From assembly GCA_030770535.1 (NCBI GenBank), contig JASVEC010000002.1, positions 248,001 through 312,000 on the forward strand: a stretch of 64,000 nt of DNA, in the 5' to 3' direction. Below, piece after piece: positions 48,901-59,130 of the stretch. The DNA is from Batkoa obscura (Eukaryota). The position numbers were made by a program, and so were the translations under genes. The notes beneath the pieces are model-generated. The model was not told where the DNA came from. It worked only from the letters and a program-made list of their open reading frames with translations, and ran no database searches. Each line of letters starts with the position of its first letter. The stretch's first letter is position 1.

Positions 48901-51900
48901 ACTAGAACGTGGTTATGCTACCATTCCGCTTCCAGGTATCGATGTACCTTTCCACTCTCATTTCTTGTTAAGTGGTGTTGTTCCTTTCCGTACTTATATT
49001 CTTCAAAAGATTGATCCAAGTAACATTGATGTTGCTTTACTTACTGGTAGATATATCCCTAATTTAACTGCTATTCCTTATAGAGTAGATAAAGAATACT
49101 TTGAATATGTTTATAAAATTACGAACAGTAGTAGAGTTAACAAAGTACTTAAGAATTGGGATGATGAAGCTAACTTTAATCCAGCTCAATTGCAACAATT
49201 AGGTTATATTTTATTAGTCGAATTACTTGCATTCCAATTTGCTTCTCCAGTAAGATGGATTGAAACTCAAGATCAGTTATTTAAAGAATATGGTGTTGAA
49301 AGATTAATTGAAATTGGCCCATCCCCAACGCTTTCTGGTATGGCTGATCGTACTCTTAAATTTAAATACGCTGCTTATGATGATGCCCTCAATTTACAAC
49401 GTGCTTCCCTTTGCTTCTCTAAACACGAAAGGGAAATTTATTATGCTGTTGAACCAGAAGAAGAAGGTACTCCTGATGCTACCGGAAACGAGGCTGCTCA
49501 AGTTGAAACTAAATCTGCACCTGCTCCTGCTGCTAACCCTGCTCCTGCTCCTGCTGCTGTATCAGTACCAAGAGGTCCAGCGGTTGCTTTAGATGATGTG
49601 CCAGTCAATGCAGTTGATGTACTCCATGTTATCATTGCTCAAAAACTCAAAAAAGAATTGAGTGCCATTCCATTATCTAAAGCGATTAAAGATTTAGTAG
49701 GTGGTAAGAGTACGTTACAAAATGAAATCCTTGGTGATTTGCAAAAAGAATTTGGTAACAATGTACCTGAAAAACCAGAAGAAACACCATTGGATGAACT
49801 TGGTGCTGCTTTGGCCCCTGGTTTTTCTGGTAATTTAGGAAAGCATACTTCTTCTTTAATTTCTAAATTGGCTGCTTCCAAGTTACCCGGTGGTTTTACT
49901 CAAAGTAATGCTCGTAGTTACCTTGGTTCCACTTATGGTTTAGGTCAAGGTCGTACCGATGCCACTCTCCTTATTGGTTTAACTCAAGAGCCAGCTACTC
50001 GTCTTGGTTCTGAACAAGACGCCAAAGCTTGGTTAGATTCTATTGCTCAAACCTATGCAGCTCATGCCAAAATCTCATTATCCTCTGGTGGTGGTAGTGA
50101 TTCAGGTGCCGGTTCAGCAGGTGGTGTTGTAATCGATAGTGCCGAATTTAATGCCTTAACTAAGAAACAAAATGATCTTTATAAGCGCCAAATTCAGTTA
50201 TTAGCTCAATATCTTGGTGAAGATCAATATATTACTACTAAATTATTGGATGCCGAAAAGACAAGAAGTGATACCTTGCAAAAAGAATTAGATCTCTTCC
50301 AAGCTGAACATGGCGATGAATATATTTCAAGTATCAAACCAGCATTTGATAGTAAGAAAGTCAGAGTCTATAACTCTTATTGGAATTGGTCACGTCAAGA
50401 TGCTCTTAATCTTTATTATGATTTCGTCTTTGGAAATATTACCGATGTTGATCGTGATATCACTGCACAATGTTTACACTTAATGAATCGTTCGGATCCT
50501 AGTTTAGTTGATTTCATGAAGTATTATATTGACAATTGTCCAGCTGAAAAAGGTGGCAATTATAAAACCACTAAAGAGTTTGGTAAATTATTAATTGAAA
50601 ATGTTCAAGCTTCTTTAGAACATCCACCAGTTTATAAAGATGTAACTTTCCCAATGGCTCCATCCACTCAAATCTCTGAAAAAGGAGATATTGTTTATAA
50701 AGAAATTCATCGTCCAGGTGTTAGAAAATTAGCTCATTACGTTAAAGAAATGGCTAAAGGTTCTAGTCTAACTGAATTTAGTGGACGTCAACAAATTCAA
50801 CAAAATCTTGGTCGTATGTTAAAGATTGTTCAACATCAACCAAGAGTTAAAAAAGCATATAAAGAAGAAATTAAATATTTATATACTGATGTCATGAGAT
50901 CTTTAGCTTTAAATCAATCAGGTATTAAAGCTGAGAAAACTTCAAAGATTCGTCGTTCTGTTAAACCAAATGGTATTAAAAAACAAGATGGCTCTAACAA
51001 AGAGTCATTACCTTTCCTTTTGCTTAAAAAGAAGGACCATATCCATGGTTGGGAATATAATACTAAACTTACTTCCATTTATCTTGAAGGTCTTAATGAA
51101 ATGTGTAATTCTGGGTTATCTTTAGTCAACAAGAAAGTATTAGTTACTGGTTGTGGACGTAAATCCATTGGTTCCGAAATTGTGTGTTCCTTACTTTCTG
51201 GTGGTGCCCAAGTCATTGTCACTACTTCAAGATTTAATCGTTCTGCTACCAATTATTATCAAGGTTTATATCAACGTTATGGTGCCAAGGGTTCTTCTTT
51301 AATCGTATTACCATTTAATCAAGGCTCCAAACAAGATGTTGAAAATTTAGTTAATTATATTTATAATACTGATGAAAAAGTAGGCCTTAATTGGGATTTG
51401 GATTGCATTATTCCATTTGCTGCTGTACCTGAAAATGGCCGTGAAATTACGGATATTGATGGGAGATCAGAATTTGCTCATAGAGTCATGCTTACCAATT
51501 TATTGCGTTTATTAGGTTCTGTTAAAACTAAAAAACAAAGCCTTGGTTATCATACTCGACCAGCTCAAGTTATTGTACCATTATCACCTAATCATGGTAT
51601 CTTTGGTTCCGACGGCCTTTATTCGGAATCTAAATTATCACTAGAAAATTTAATGAACCGTTGGAAGTCAGAATCTTGGGGTAACTATCTTACTATTGTT
51701 GGTTGTGTCATTGGATGGACTCGTGGTACTGGTTTAATGGAGCAAAATAATATAGTTTGTGAAGGTTTAGAAAAATTCGGTGTTAGAACGTTTTCAGCTC
51801 AAGAAATGGCTTTTAATATCCTTGGTCTTCTACATCCAAACGTAGTTGATCTGGCTCAAATTGACCCTGTTTGGGCTGATCTTAATGGTGGTTTCCAACA

Positions 51901-54796
51901 ATTGCCTAACTTTAAACAAGTAATTACTACTTTACGTCAGCAAATTATGGAAACTGCTTCGACTCGTCAAGCTATTTCTACTGATAACGCAATTGATTTT
52001 AATATTGTTAATGGTCCTAATGCATCTAAATCTTATCAAACTCGTACCTCAGTGCCTCGTGCTAACATTAAGGTCAATTTCCCTGAACTTAAACCCTACG
52101 ATCAAATTAAACAAATACAAAATTTACAAGGTATGTTAGACCTAGAAAAAGTAGTTGTTGTTACTGGATTTTCTGAAGTTGGACCATGGGGTAATTCACG
52201 TACTCGTTGGGAAATGGAAGCTTATGGAGAATTTTCTCTTGAAGGTTGTATCGAAATGGCTTGGATTATGGGCTTAATTAAACATCATAATGGACCATTA
52301 AAGACAGGTGGCCAATATACTGGTTGGGTAGATGCTAAAACCAATGTACCAGTACCAGATAATGAAGTCAAGAAATTGTATGAAGAAAAGATATTAGAAC
52401 ATTCTGGTATTCGATTAATTGAACCTGAGCTGTTCCATGGTTATGATCCAAATTCTCGTCCATTATTACGTGAAGTTGTTATTGATCATGATTTGGAACC
52501 AATGGAAGTAAGTGCTGAAGAAGCTCAACACTTTAAACATAAACACGGCGATAAAGTAGAAGTCTATGAAATTAAAGAAACTGGTTCTTGGTTAGTTCGT
52601 TTCCGTAAAGGCTCTGCTATTTATGTACCAAAAGCATTACGTCATGATCGTTTAGTTGCTGGTCAAATACCAACTGGTTGGGATCCACTTCGATATGGTA
52701 TACCAGAAGATATTGTAAATCAAGTAGATCGAATTACTTTATTTGTACTTGTTTCTACGGTTGAAGCTTTAGTTGCTTCTGGTATTACCGATCCTTATGA
52801 ATTTTATAAATATGTTCATGTAACTGAAGTTGGCAATACTGCTGGTTCTGGTATGGGTGGTATGGTTAGTTTACGTCGTATGTACAAAGAGCGTTTCACA
52901 GATCAACCAGTTCAAATGGATATTTTACAAGAAACTTTTATTAATACTATGCCTGCTTGGGTCAATTTATTATTATTATCTTCTTCAGGACCAATTAAAA
53001 CACCTGTTGGTGCTTGTGCTACTGCTGTTGAATCGGTTGAAATTGGTGTCGATACTATTATGAGTGGTAAAGCTAAAGTAGTTATTGTTGGTGGTTATGA
53101 TGATTTCCATGAAGAAGGGTCCACTGAATTCGCTAACATGAAGGCTACTTCTAACTCTATTGAAGAATTTGCTAAGGGACGTACACCAAGAGAAATGTCT
53201 CGACCAACTACTACTACTCGCTCAGGATTTATGGAATCTCAAGGTTCCGGTATTGAAATTTTAATGAATGCCAAACTTGCTATTGAAATGGGCGTGCCAA
53301 TTTATGGTATTGTTGCACTTACCAATACTGCCACTGATAAAGAAGGCCGTTCTGTTCCAGCACCAGGCCAAGGTATATTGACTACTGCTCGTGAATGCCC
53401 AGGTCAGTTTAAATCACCTTTACTCGATATCAAATATCGCCAACGTCAAATTGAATATGCTCGTACTCAAATTAAAGCTTGGGTTGAAAAAGAATACTCG
53501 GAACTTAAATTTGAAGTAGAAAATCTTAAAGCTAATGGTCAACTTGATGCTGAAACTGAAAAACAGTTTATTAAAGAAAGAACAGAATACATTGCTAAAG
53601 AAAGTGCCCGTCAAGAGAAACAATCTCTTAACCAATGGGGTAATGAATTTTATAAACAAGATCCAACTATTTCTCCACTACGCGGTGCGCTTGCTTCCTT
53701 TGGTTTAACCGTGGATGATATTGGTGTTGCTTCTTTCCATGGCACTTCCACTAAAGCTAATGATAAAAATGAAAGTGAAGTTGTTGATAAACAATTAAAA
53801 CATCTTGGCCGTAGTAAGGGTAATGCTTTACCTGGTATTTTCCAAAAATACCTTACTGGTCATCCAAAGGGTGCAGCAGCTGCTTGGATGTTTAATGGTG
53901 TTATGCAAGTATTGCAAACAGGTATTATTCCTGGTAATCGTAATGCGGATAATATTGATAATGTACTCAAATCTTATGAATATGTATTGTTCCCATCCCG
54001 CTCTATTCATACCGATGGTGTCAAAGCCGGTTTACTTAAATCTTTTGGTTTTGGCCAAGTTGGTGGAGAAGTACTAGTTATTCACCCAGATTATTTATTC
54101 ACTGCCCTTAGTGAAATTGAATACAATAGTTATAAAGTTAAGAATGCTGGTCGTCAAGCTGCTTCTTATCGTTATTTCCATGATTCTATTACTGGTGCTG
54201 CTGGTTTAGTTCAGGTTAAAAATGAAGCTCCTTATTCTAATGAACTTGAATCTCAAGTTTATCTTAATCCAGTAGCTCGTGCTTCTTATGATAAATCAAA
54301 AAAGAGTTATCGTTTTACAGATGCTAAATCAAAAGTTCAAGTTCCAACTACAGATGCTGAATTAACTCAAAATATACTTTCTTCTATTCAGACTATTGAT
54401 GGTACTAATGAAAAAGGAGTTGGAGTTGATGTTGAATTAATATCAGCTATTAATATTGATAACGATACTTTTATTGAACGTAATTATACTGTTGAAGAAA
54501 TCCATTACTGTCATTCAAGACCAGATCCAAATTCCAGTTTCGCTGGTAAATGGGCAGCAAAAGAAGCTGTTATTAAAGCCATTTCTTCTTTCTCTCTTAA
54601 TTCAGAACCGGTTTGGACTCAAGGTGCAGGTGCGCCATTAAAAGATATTGAAATCGTTATTGCTGAATCCAATGCTCCTAAAGTAATTCTTCATAATGAA
54701 GCTGCCCAAGCAGCTGCTAAGGTGAATGTAACTGAAATTAAGGTTTCTATCTCTCACTCAGGCCAATATGCTGTAGCTATGGCAGTAGCTAAATAA
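42935..54796 (+). CDS. FAS: Fungal type-I fatty acid synthase, single-chain beta+alpha fusion (AT-ER-DH-MPT-ACP-KR-KS-PPT)
   Basis: GHSQG (AT), GGRAGGHHS (ER), DLNPIH (DH), GHSLGEY (MPT), GGKSTLQNE (ACP), YSESK (KR), PVGACAT/HGTST/LTGHPKG (KS), GVDVE/WAAKEA (PPT); uninterrupted 3953-aa ORF. Confidence 0.98.
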   Translation: MALRSRQHSFSAGLQASRPLNIKNNSVEVSILFSNEIWNSAEQLREEFSLQPLPETILPEELSPIELIALFLSFAVDRAETDDIQSFYPVVRVVFFHLRDVFLKKNDVHSATKQLPLANRNVIIQAYFYALSVLRKEGILFGDDCPAPSSALFTASRRKDAALFAVFGGQGNSEEYFDELIELFSLYEGIVRPFITKMSSILRSHALSTEATAFHSKGLNVIRWLENPEARPDVPYLVSAPVSLPMIGLIQLTHYLVAMKVLDMSPDQLRNHFHGATGHSQGIISAVVIASSSNEESFYENAEKALGLLFWIGTRSQQIYPQVTLNPTILKDSISNGEGNPSVMLAIYNLRLAEVQKYVEATNQHLPKDRQIYINLINGPRSIICVGHPQSLHGLNLTLRKIKAPSGLDQSRVPHSQRKQKFSSRFLPITAPFHSEYLVKAPERIAQDIAKFNLEFRSKDLAIPILSTLNGKDLRNSETLTEDLVKLICVHPINWEKATDVSSLTHVIDFGPGGTSGIGGLTYRNKEGTGVQVILAGTLQGGNQHLSYKADLFDNDPTAVKYSPNWGEAFRPKLAKISSTGKILVDTRFSRLIGKAPLMVAGMTPCTVPSKFVSAVINAGYHVELAGGGHFSEEMFRDKIKDIMTKIQPGESITVNILFLNAFQWGFQFPLVQKMKQEGYPIEGICCAAGTPSPDVANDIVSQIKNAGLKHISFKPGSVSAIRQVIQIAVNNPDMPIIMQWTGGRAGGHHSFEDFHQPILETYASIRQQSNIILIAGSGFGSHEDTLPYITGEWSGVYDYPSMPFDGVLFGSRVMVAAESEAADEVKALIVNAPGVEDKDWENTYTRETGGILTVKSELGEPIHKVANRGIRFWKEMDDTIFTLPKNKRQAVLDNKKDYIIKRLNADFQKVWFGKKADGNPADLQDMTYAEVVNRLVELTYINHQQRWIDVSLRRFVGDFMVRLEERFISTKKASLLQDYNQIQQPHEFVKSFLEAYPESSKQLLTTEDIQYFLSQCLRRDQKPVPFIPVLDSNLEFWFKKDSLWQSEDLQAVPEQDVERAAILHGPIAAKHSTEYNVPVKDILDGIHNGHIQSLLNKYYNGDESSIPTIEYIGGTQNNYPEYVPKDVLAITDPVNPDIIVYETSASGALPSTEAWLELISGPKEGWLRAILTSPLIVQGNMTVKNPLLKVFRPRRNQKVTIQFANNNNHSLKVYEGTGKNSRLAIKAEINGDKQIDVTFFEKKGAEEVALTFPYLYKPEQGYAPIHEVMEGRNDRIKKFYYNLWFGSDEYDSISNDPNFEFIAQGEKVSREEISKFCQAVGNQAELYVDRGQDILTAPVDFAIVVGWKSIIKAIFPKFIDGDLLKLVHLSNGFRLFENVRPLQSGDVVDTHAKITALVNNESGKLVQVKGTVKRDGVDVMEVNSQFLYRGKFTDFEHTFRNSDEIPMEIVLPTSREIAVLKSKSWFIWERNDVHLTPGSTLTFRLNTHSKFKSTNVYSELKTTGSVFMQIPTKEVVKVASVNYISGESHGNPVIEYLKRLGQSIDQATLFENGGYSVMPKGDDFNSSVQTPSSNFSYAQVSQDLNPIHVNPYFADLADLPGTITHGMWSSASTRKFVETFAADNHPLRVTAYDVSFQGMVLPGDQLTTNLFHIGMQEGKKIIKVETINQHGDKVLAGTAEVEQPSTAYVFTGQGSQEVGMGMALYDSSPVARKIWDQADSHYLKNYGFSILDIVRNNPKEHTIHFGGSEGKAIRKNYISMTYDKVDEDGTVRTYPIFPQINERSTSFTFISPNGLLSATQFTQPALTLMEKAAFEDMKAKGLIQRGCPFAGHSLGEYAALAAIGKVLHVDAVADLVFYRGMTMQSAVQRDSLGRSNFGMVAVNPSRVSKSLNETYLKYVVDAIAHQSAGLLQIVNYNVENWQYVVSGELTNLETLANVLNYMKSSNIDLANLMKTMTLDQVKEHLTSIISVALEKAKDKKEKSGGHLVLERGYATIPLPGIDVPFHSHFLLSGVVPFRTYILQKIDPSNIDVALLTGRYIPNLTAIPYRVDKEYFEYVYKITNSSRVNKVLKNWDDEANFNPAQLQQLGYILLVELLAFQFASPVRWIETQDQLFKEYGVERLIEIGPSPTLSGMADRTLKFKYAAYDDALNLQRASLCFSKHEREIYYAVEPEEEGTPDATGNEAAQVETKSAPAPAANPAPAPAAVSVPRGPAVALDDVPVNAVDVLHVIIAQKLKKELSAIPLSKAIKDLVGGKSTLQNEILGDLQKEFGNNVPEKPEETPLDELGAALAPGFSGNLGKHTSSLISKLAASKLPGGFTQSNARSYLGSTYGLGQGRTDATLLIGLTQEPATRLGSEQDAKAWLDSIAQTYAAHAKISLSSGGGSDSGAGSAGGVVIDSAEFNALTKKQNDLYKRQIQLLAQYLGEDQYITTKLLDAEKTRSDTLQKELDLFQAEHGDEYISSIKPAFDSKKVRVYNSYWNWSRQDALNLYYDFVFGNITDVDRDITAQCLHLMNRSDPSLVDFMKYYIDNCPAEKGGNYKTTKEFGKLLIENVQASLEHPPVYKDVTFPMAPSTQISEKGDIVYKEIHRPGVRKLAHYVKEMAKGSSLTEFSGRQQIQQNLGRMLKIVQHQPRVKKAYKEEIKYLYTDVMRSLALNQSGIKAEKTSKIRRSVKPNGIKKQDGSNKESLPFLLLKKKDHIHGWEYNTKLTSIYLEGLNEMCNSGLSLVNKKVLVTGCGRKSIGSEIVCSLLSGGAQVIVTTSRFNRSATNYYQGLYQRYGAKGSSLIVLPFNQGSKQDVENLVNYIYNTDEKVGLNWDLDCIIPFAAVPENGREITDIDGRSEFAHRVMLTNLLRLLGSVKTKKQSLGYHTRPAQVIVPLSPNHGIFGSDGLYSESKLSLENLMNRWKSESWGNYLTIVGCVIGWTRGTGLMEQNNIVCEGLEKFGVRTFSAQEMAFNILGLLHPNVVDLAQIDPVWADLNGGFQQLPNFKQVITTLRQQIMETASTRQAISTDNAIDFNIVNGPNASKSYQTRTSVPRANIKVNFPELKPYDQIKQIQNLQGMLDLEKVVVVTGFSEVGPWGNSRTRWEMEAYGEFSLEGCIEMAWIMGLIKHHNGPLKTGGQYTGWVDAKTNVPVPDNEVKKLYEEKILEHSGIRLIEPELFHGYDPNSRPLLREVVIDHDLEPMEVSAEEAQHFKHKHGDKVEVYEIKETGSWLVRFRKGSAIYVPKALRHDRLVAGQIPTGWDPLRYGIPEDIVNQVDRITLFVLVSTVEALVASGITDPYEFYKYVHVTEVGNTAGSGMGGMVSLRRMYKERFTDQPVQMDILQETFINTMPAWVNLLLLSSSGPIKTPVGACATAVESVEIGVDTIMSGKAKVVIVGGYDDFHEEGSTEFANMKATSNSIEEFAKGRTPREMSRPTTTTRSGFMESQGSGIEILMNAKLAIEMGVPIYGIVALTNTATDKEGRSVPAPGQGILTTARECPGQFKSPLLDIKYRQRQIEYARTQIKAWVEKEYSELKFEVENLKANGQLDAETEKQFIKERTEYIAKESARQEKQSLNQWGNEFYKQDPTISPLRGALASFGLTVDDIGVASFHGTSTKANDKNESEVVDKQLKHLGRSKGNALPGIFQKYLTGHPKGAAAAWMFNGVMQVLQTGIIPGNRNADNIDNVLKSYEYVLFPSRSIHTDGVKAGLLKSFGFGQVGGEVLVIHPDYLFTALSEIEYNSYKVKNAGRQAASYRYFHDSITGAAGLVQVKNEAPYSNELESQVYLNPVARASYDKSKKSYRFTDAKSKVQVPTTDAELTQNILSSIQTIDGTNEKGVGVDVELISAINIDNDTFIERNYTVEEIHYCHSRPDPNSSFAGKWAAKEAVIKAISSFSLNSEPVWTQGAGAPLKDIEIVIAESNAPKVILHNEAAQAAAKVNVTEIKVSISHSGQYAVAMAVAK

Positions 54797-55545
54797 GCAG
54801 TTATTTTAAAGAAAAAAAACTTTAATTGATTGTTTTTGTTTAGCTTTTATTTTTTTGTTAATTGTTAACATGGATCTTGAATTGTTATAATTTAACTCCA
54901 TTTTTTTTCCTAAAATAATTTTTTCCTCCTTTATTTCTTTTGAATATTAAAATTGAGTACACACTTTTTAAATTATTAGTTTCTAATAATATTTACTACC
55001 TATCATTAGTTTTACAATAATTTAATAATATATCATTGAAGATATTAAAGGAATTTTATAGTTGATGAGCTAAATATTTTTTAGTATTTATAGTAATTGA
55101 TTCTTTAATGTTATTAACATCTAATGATAATTGGTTAGTTTTATTGATTCATTTATTTTTACATCTTTATAAATTTACAATAGATTTATTAAAAATCTAT
55201 ACAATCTCTCTATATTAACTTGAAATTTAGTTAAACAATAAGACTTCATCTTTTTATATTCTCACTTAAATATTCTTTTACTTTTTAATAAACTAATACA
55301 ACTGAACTTTTGATACTATAAAAATAAGTTTATTTTATGTTAAATTCTATTGTTAAACATTAACTATTTACTTCTTTATATTCATATATATTTACTATAT
55401 TAAACTATTGATTTCTTATCAAATAATGTTTCTAAAAGCTATCCATTTTAAAAAACTTTAACTTTAATTAGGAACATTCAAGTAAAATCCTTAATTCTTT
55501 ATTTTTCTCTTTTCATTTTTCATTTTATTTAAAATAAGTTATAAA

Positions 55546-56190
55546 ATGGATTCATTAATAGTCGAAGATATGCGAGAAATTGGCACCTTACAAATCAATG
55601 AATTTCAACAGAAGGAAGGGAGATTAATAGAATTTAAAATATACAAATCACATTTTAAATATTGTTTAATAATGGATTATACTCAGTATTTGCCCTTACA
55701 AAATATTACTAAAAAAGAAAAAGAAAGTTTATTAAATGAATTAATTATAAAAATATACTCGGAAACCTTTACAAAAGCTGTAGCAGTTGAACAGAATTTA
55801 AAGCAGAACCTAATTTTGTTTAGTTTTAAGACAGTAGATGATTTATATGATCAATATATTCCAATATTATCTCATTTTCAACAAATAAAATGTACTATTG
55901 CTTATCAATTAAGTGAATATGTTTATTTTATAAAAAATTTCAATTTACCAGGTACAATTAATGGGTTTGATTTAGAAGATATATTTATTAAACATTATTC
56001 GGAATATGGTCATGTTTCTTTTTGTAAACATCATTTATTTAATCAATCTACTTTATATTCCAATTTTGTTACTGTTGTATTAATTGCCAATAATAAATTA
56101 AATGAAGATAAATTAAAATTGGAACCCTTTTATATTGATGATATACTTATTAAAATGGAGTTTATGGAATTGAATTTAGTACTTAATTGA
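55546..56190 (+). CDS. Hypothetical protein, possible RRM-like C-terminal half
   Basis: 214-aa open frame in very AT-rich DNA; NLPG..LEDIFIKHYSEYGHV pattern reminiscent of an RRM or LINE ORF1. Confidence 0.55.
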   Translation: MDSLIVEDMREIGTLQINEFQQKEGRLIEFKIYKSHFKYCLIMDYTQYLPLQNITKKEKESLLNELIIKIYSETFTKAVAVEQNLKQNLILFSFKTVDDLYDQYIPILSHFQQIKCTIAYQLSEYVYFIKNFNLPGTINGFDLEDIFIKHYSEYGHVSFCKHHLFNQSTLYSNFVTVVLIANNKLNEDKLKLEPFYIDDILIKMEFMELNLVLN

Positions 56191-56634
56191 AACAAAGTTT
56201 AAATGTTAATATATTAATAATAAGTTGAGGCATGAAATATTATAACTAATATATCTTTTATTCTTATAATCTCAACGGTTTTTTGGTATGTGAAAGATTT
56301 TAAATGAGACTATTAAATCAAAGTTTGAGTCAATTTTTATTATCATAATATTTCTAATAAATGATAAATTAGGATTCAAACTAATTTCTAATTAGATTTA
56401 ATTTCTTTTCAACTATTTTATCATTTTGTATAATGGTATTTTATTATACTAATACTTCTATCTTTATATATTTGTTTGTTTATACAGCTTAATTTTGATT
56501 ATTATTACATTTTAACATTATTTGGAACAATCTTCGGGGTAGTTAATTAGTAAAAATACTTTGTAGATTCTGATTGGGGCTTCCATTTTTCGATATAAAA
56601 TTTTAATTTCAAGTATAGAATTGTTATTTTAATT

Positions 56635-58059
56635 ATGTTTTTATCTTTATTTCTAATTAGTCTTTCACTTTCTAAAATTAATGCAATGATACCAAGAGTA
56701 ACTGGTGGTAAATGTATTATAGTAGAAGATGAATTGTACTATTTAGGTGGGATAATTGGTATACCAAATATAAGCATATCTCAATATAATAAACAGCTAT
56801 TTAAATTAAATTTAAAAAAAGGAGTAAAGTTAATTGGTAATATCGCGGAGTGGGAGATATACAATGTGACAAATTCACCAACGCTTTCATACTTTACAAG
56901 CCCCTTAAATAAGATGTTTTATATTGGAAACAAGACATTGGTCCATTTTGATCAATACAAATCTGATCCAATATTAGCTTACACTCGTTTTGATATTGAA
57001 AAGAAAGAATGGTATGGTGAATATGCTATCAATGAACTTTACCATGAAAATGTTATAAATTTTTCTGAAAAAGATTCCATTCAATATACTGGACTTTTTA
57101 ATACTTTACAGGATGAACGTAATTTAAACAAATTTTATATTGCAAATGTAATTGATGTACCAACTCTACCAACAAAATTAATATCATTTGATATTCAAAC
57201 AAAAGAAATGAAAACAGTATATGAATCAAGTAGAGGCTCTGAAATATATTTACAGTTTATATACGGTAATAAATTGTATTTTTATGAACAATTGAGAGAA
57301 ATTGAACAATCAATGACAACTAGAGGTCTATACCAATTAGATTTAGAATCATATAGAATAGAACAGTATAACATTACTTATAGAAAAGACATGGGACCAC
57401 CGGAAATAATATTCAATGATTCAGCTTATTTTGTTTTTGATTATGGCAGAAGTGCCCAAGTTGAAATTGCTGAGTTTCAAATTCAATCATTAAGTTATAG
57501 ACCAGTAAAAAAAACAGTTATATTCGAGTCCCGTGGGTGTTTTACTAATTATAGAAATTATCTCATAAGCTCCTTTGGTTATTATCTAGTTGCTACTGAA
57601 CAGTTTAGCAATTATACAAACAATTATGTTACCTTTAATTCTAGTGAAAGTTCAAATAAAGTTCAAATCTATAATTTAACTAATTGGGAACAAGTCGATG
57701 GTATAGCTCCAACGAATGAAAATGAAGGTAGTAGTCATACAGACTCGATAACTAGTAATAACAGCAATTCGTTAATCGAAGGCATTACAGGAGGAATACT
57801 AGTCATGATTTTAATAGTTTCAATTGTATTATTTTTAGTACATAGACATCAATTTAGCAAAAAAAGAGCACCAAGTTTTATTATAGATCCAATTCATATC
57901 AAACCAATGAATCCATTAGATTGTAATAATGAATACTATAACGCCGAAATCTTCAGTCATTCACAAGAGATTGATAATGTTATTACCATGCTACCTATAG
58001 ACATGCATATCGAAGCTTTAAAAGCCACCGATATAAACAAAGAAAGAGCGAGTCAATGA
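56635..58059 (+). CDS. Type-I membrane protein (signal peptide, kelch/beta-propeller-like ectodomain, TM, conserved tail); only intact family member
   Basis: Signal peptide, ELYYLGG kelch-like motif, beta-rich repeats, N-glycosylation sites, TM GGILVMILIVSIVLFLV, tail PIHIKPMNPLD..EIFSHSQEIDNV. Confidence 0.85.
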   Translation: MFLSLFLISLSLSKINAMIPRVTGGKCIIVEDELYYLGGIIGIPNISISQYNKQLFKLNLKKGVKLIGNIAEWEIYNVTNSPTLSYFTSPLNKMFYIGNKTLVHFDQYKSDPILAYTRFDIEKKEWYGEYAINELYHENVINFSEKDSIQYTGLFNTLQDERNLNKFYIANVIDVPTLPTKLISFDIQTKEMKTVYESSRGSEIYLQFIYGNKLYFYEQLREIEQSMTTRGLYQLDLESYRIEQYNITYRKDMGPPEIIFNDSAYFVFDYGRSAQVEIAEFQIQSLSYRPVKKTVIFESRGCFTNYRNYLISSFGYYLVATEQFSNYTNNYVTFNSSESSNKVQIYNLTNWEQVDGIAPTNENEGSSHTDSITSNNSNSLIEGITGGILVMILIVSIVLFLVHRHQFSKKRAPSFIIDPIHIKPMNPLDCNNEYYNAEIFSHSQEIDNVITMLPIDMHIEALKATDINKERASQ

Positions 58060-59030
58060 TATCGAACAGCTACTATTTAATGGTTATTTTTATTTAGCTT
58101 CTATTTTAGTTATCTTAAACTGGAGGTTGATTTTAAAAATTATTACAATAATTTATTATAGATTATAAACTAAAATCTAATTGATAGCTGGTATGTAGTT
58201 TACAGCAAAAGTAATTTAATCTTATGAAAATTAATTTAAATCCTAAGTTGTTGTGTTAAGGTGTCAAAGGTCTATTTTAAAATAAAACTTTTATATAACT
58301 ATTACCCTAAATTAGAGCATCAAACGTTCTAATGAATGAGTTAACAACTAAAAAGAATGATACTTTTATGAGTTACGTTTTTATAAAATAATATCGTTAT
58401 TATAATATTAACTACGTTAACTAGAATCTAAAATGTGGTTCTACCATTAACAAAAAATACTGCTTGAACTCCATAGTTTACTTTTACTTTAAAATAAAAA
58501 AATGCTCATAATATTAATATGGAAATTTGATCTAAATTTTGATTAATTATTTAAAATAATTCCTTATCTTTTTAACCAAGATCATTTCTTTAAATGTTTA
58601 ATTATAGTGATTTCATAGTGTGAATAGTTTACTAACATTTTTAGCTTCATCCGAATATAAAAACATGTATAAATTAATCTTTCTTCTTAGCTGGAATGAT
58701 AGGATTTTTAGCAATATAACATACTATTTATATTGAAGCCTATTTATTATCTTATTTCATGATATATGTATGTTTTTGTATAAGCTATAGCTTTACTAAG
58801 TATAAGTATAAAACTTGAGCCCACGTCGAAACAGATACAGATTGATCTAGCTATGACTTACTACCCAATTCCTTCATTATGGCTCTAATACGATGTCTAC
58901 TTGTTTAACTCAGTAATAGCAGTTAGATCTAAAATGATTTATTATATTTGATGGGTGTACTTTAATACTATGATGTAAAGTACTTTTTGCTTCCTTACGT
59001 AAATAAAATATTTTATGTAAATTATAATAT

Positions 59031-59130
59031 GGGGATATACTTTTTGGTTTAAGAATTTTACTAATAATCTTTCCACTTAAACAGTGCTTAAAAGAGAGAA
59101 AAGTGATGGAACTAAAAAAGAGACACTCTC
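59031..59130 (+). mobile_element. MITE copy
   Basis: GGGGATA..CACTCTC, ATAT flanks. Confidence 0.88.

Noticed and set aside
42952..54641. Short ORFs overlapping FAS (and similar ones within S8, SUN and PH genes)
   Set aside because: Shadow frames of long coding sequences with no motifs.
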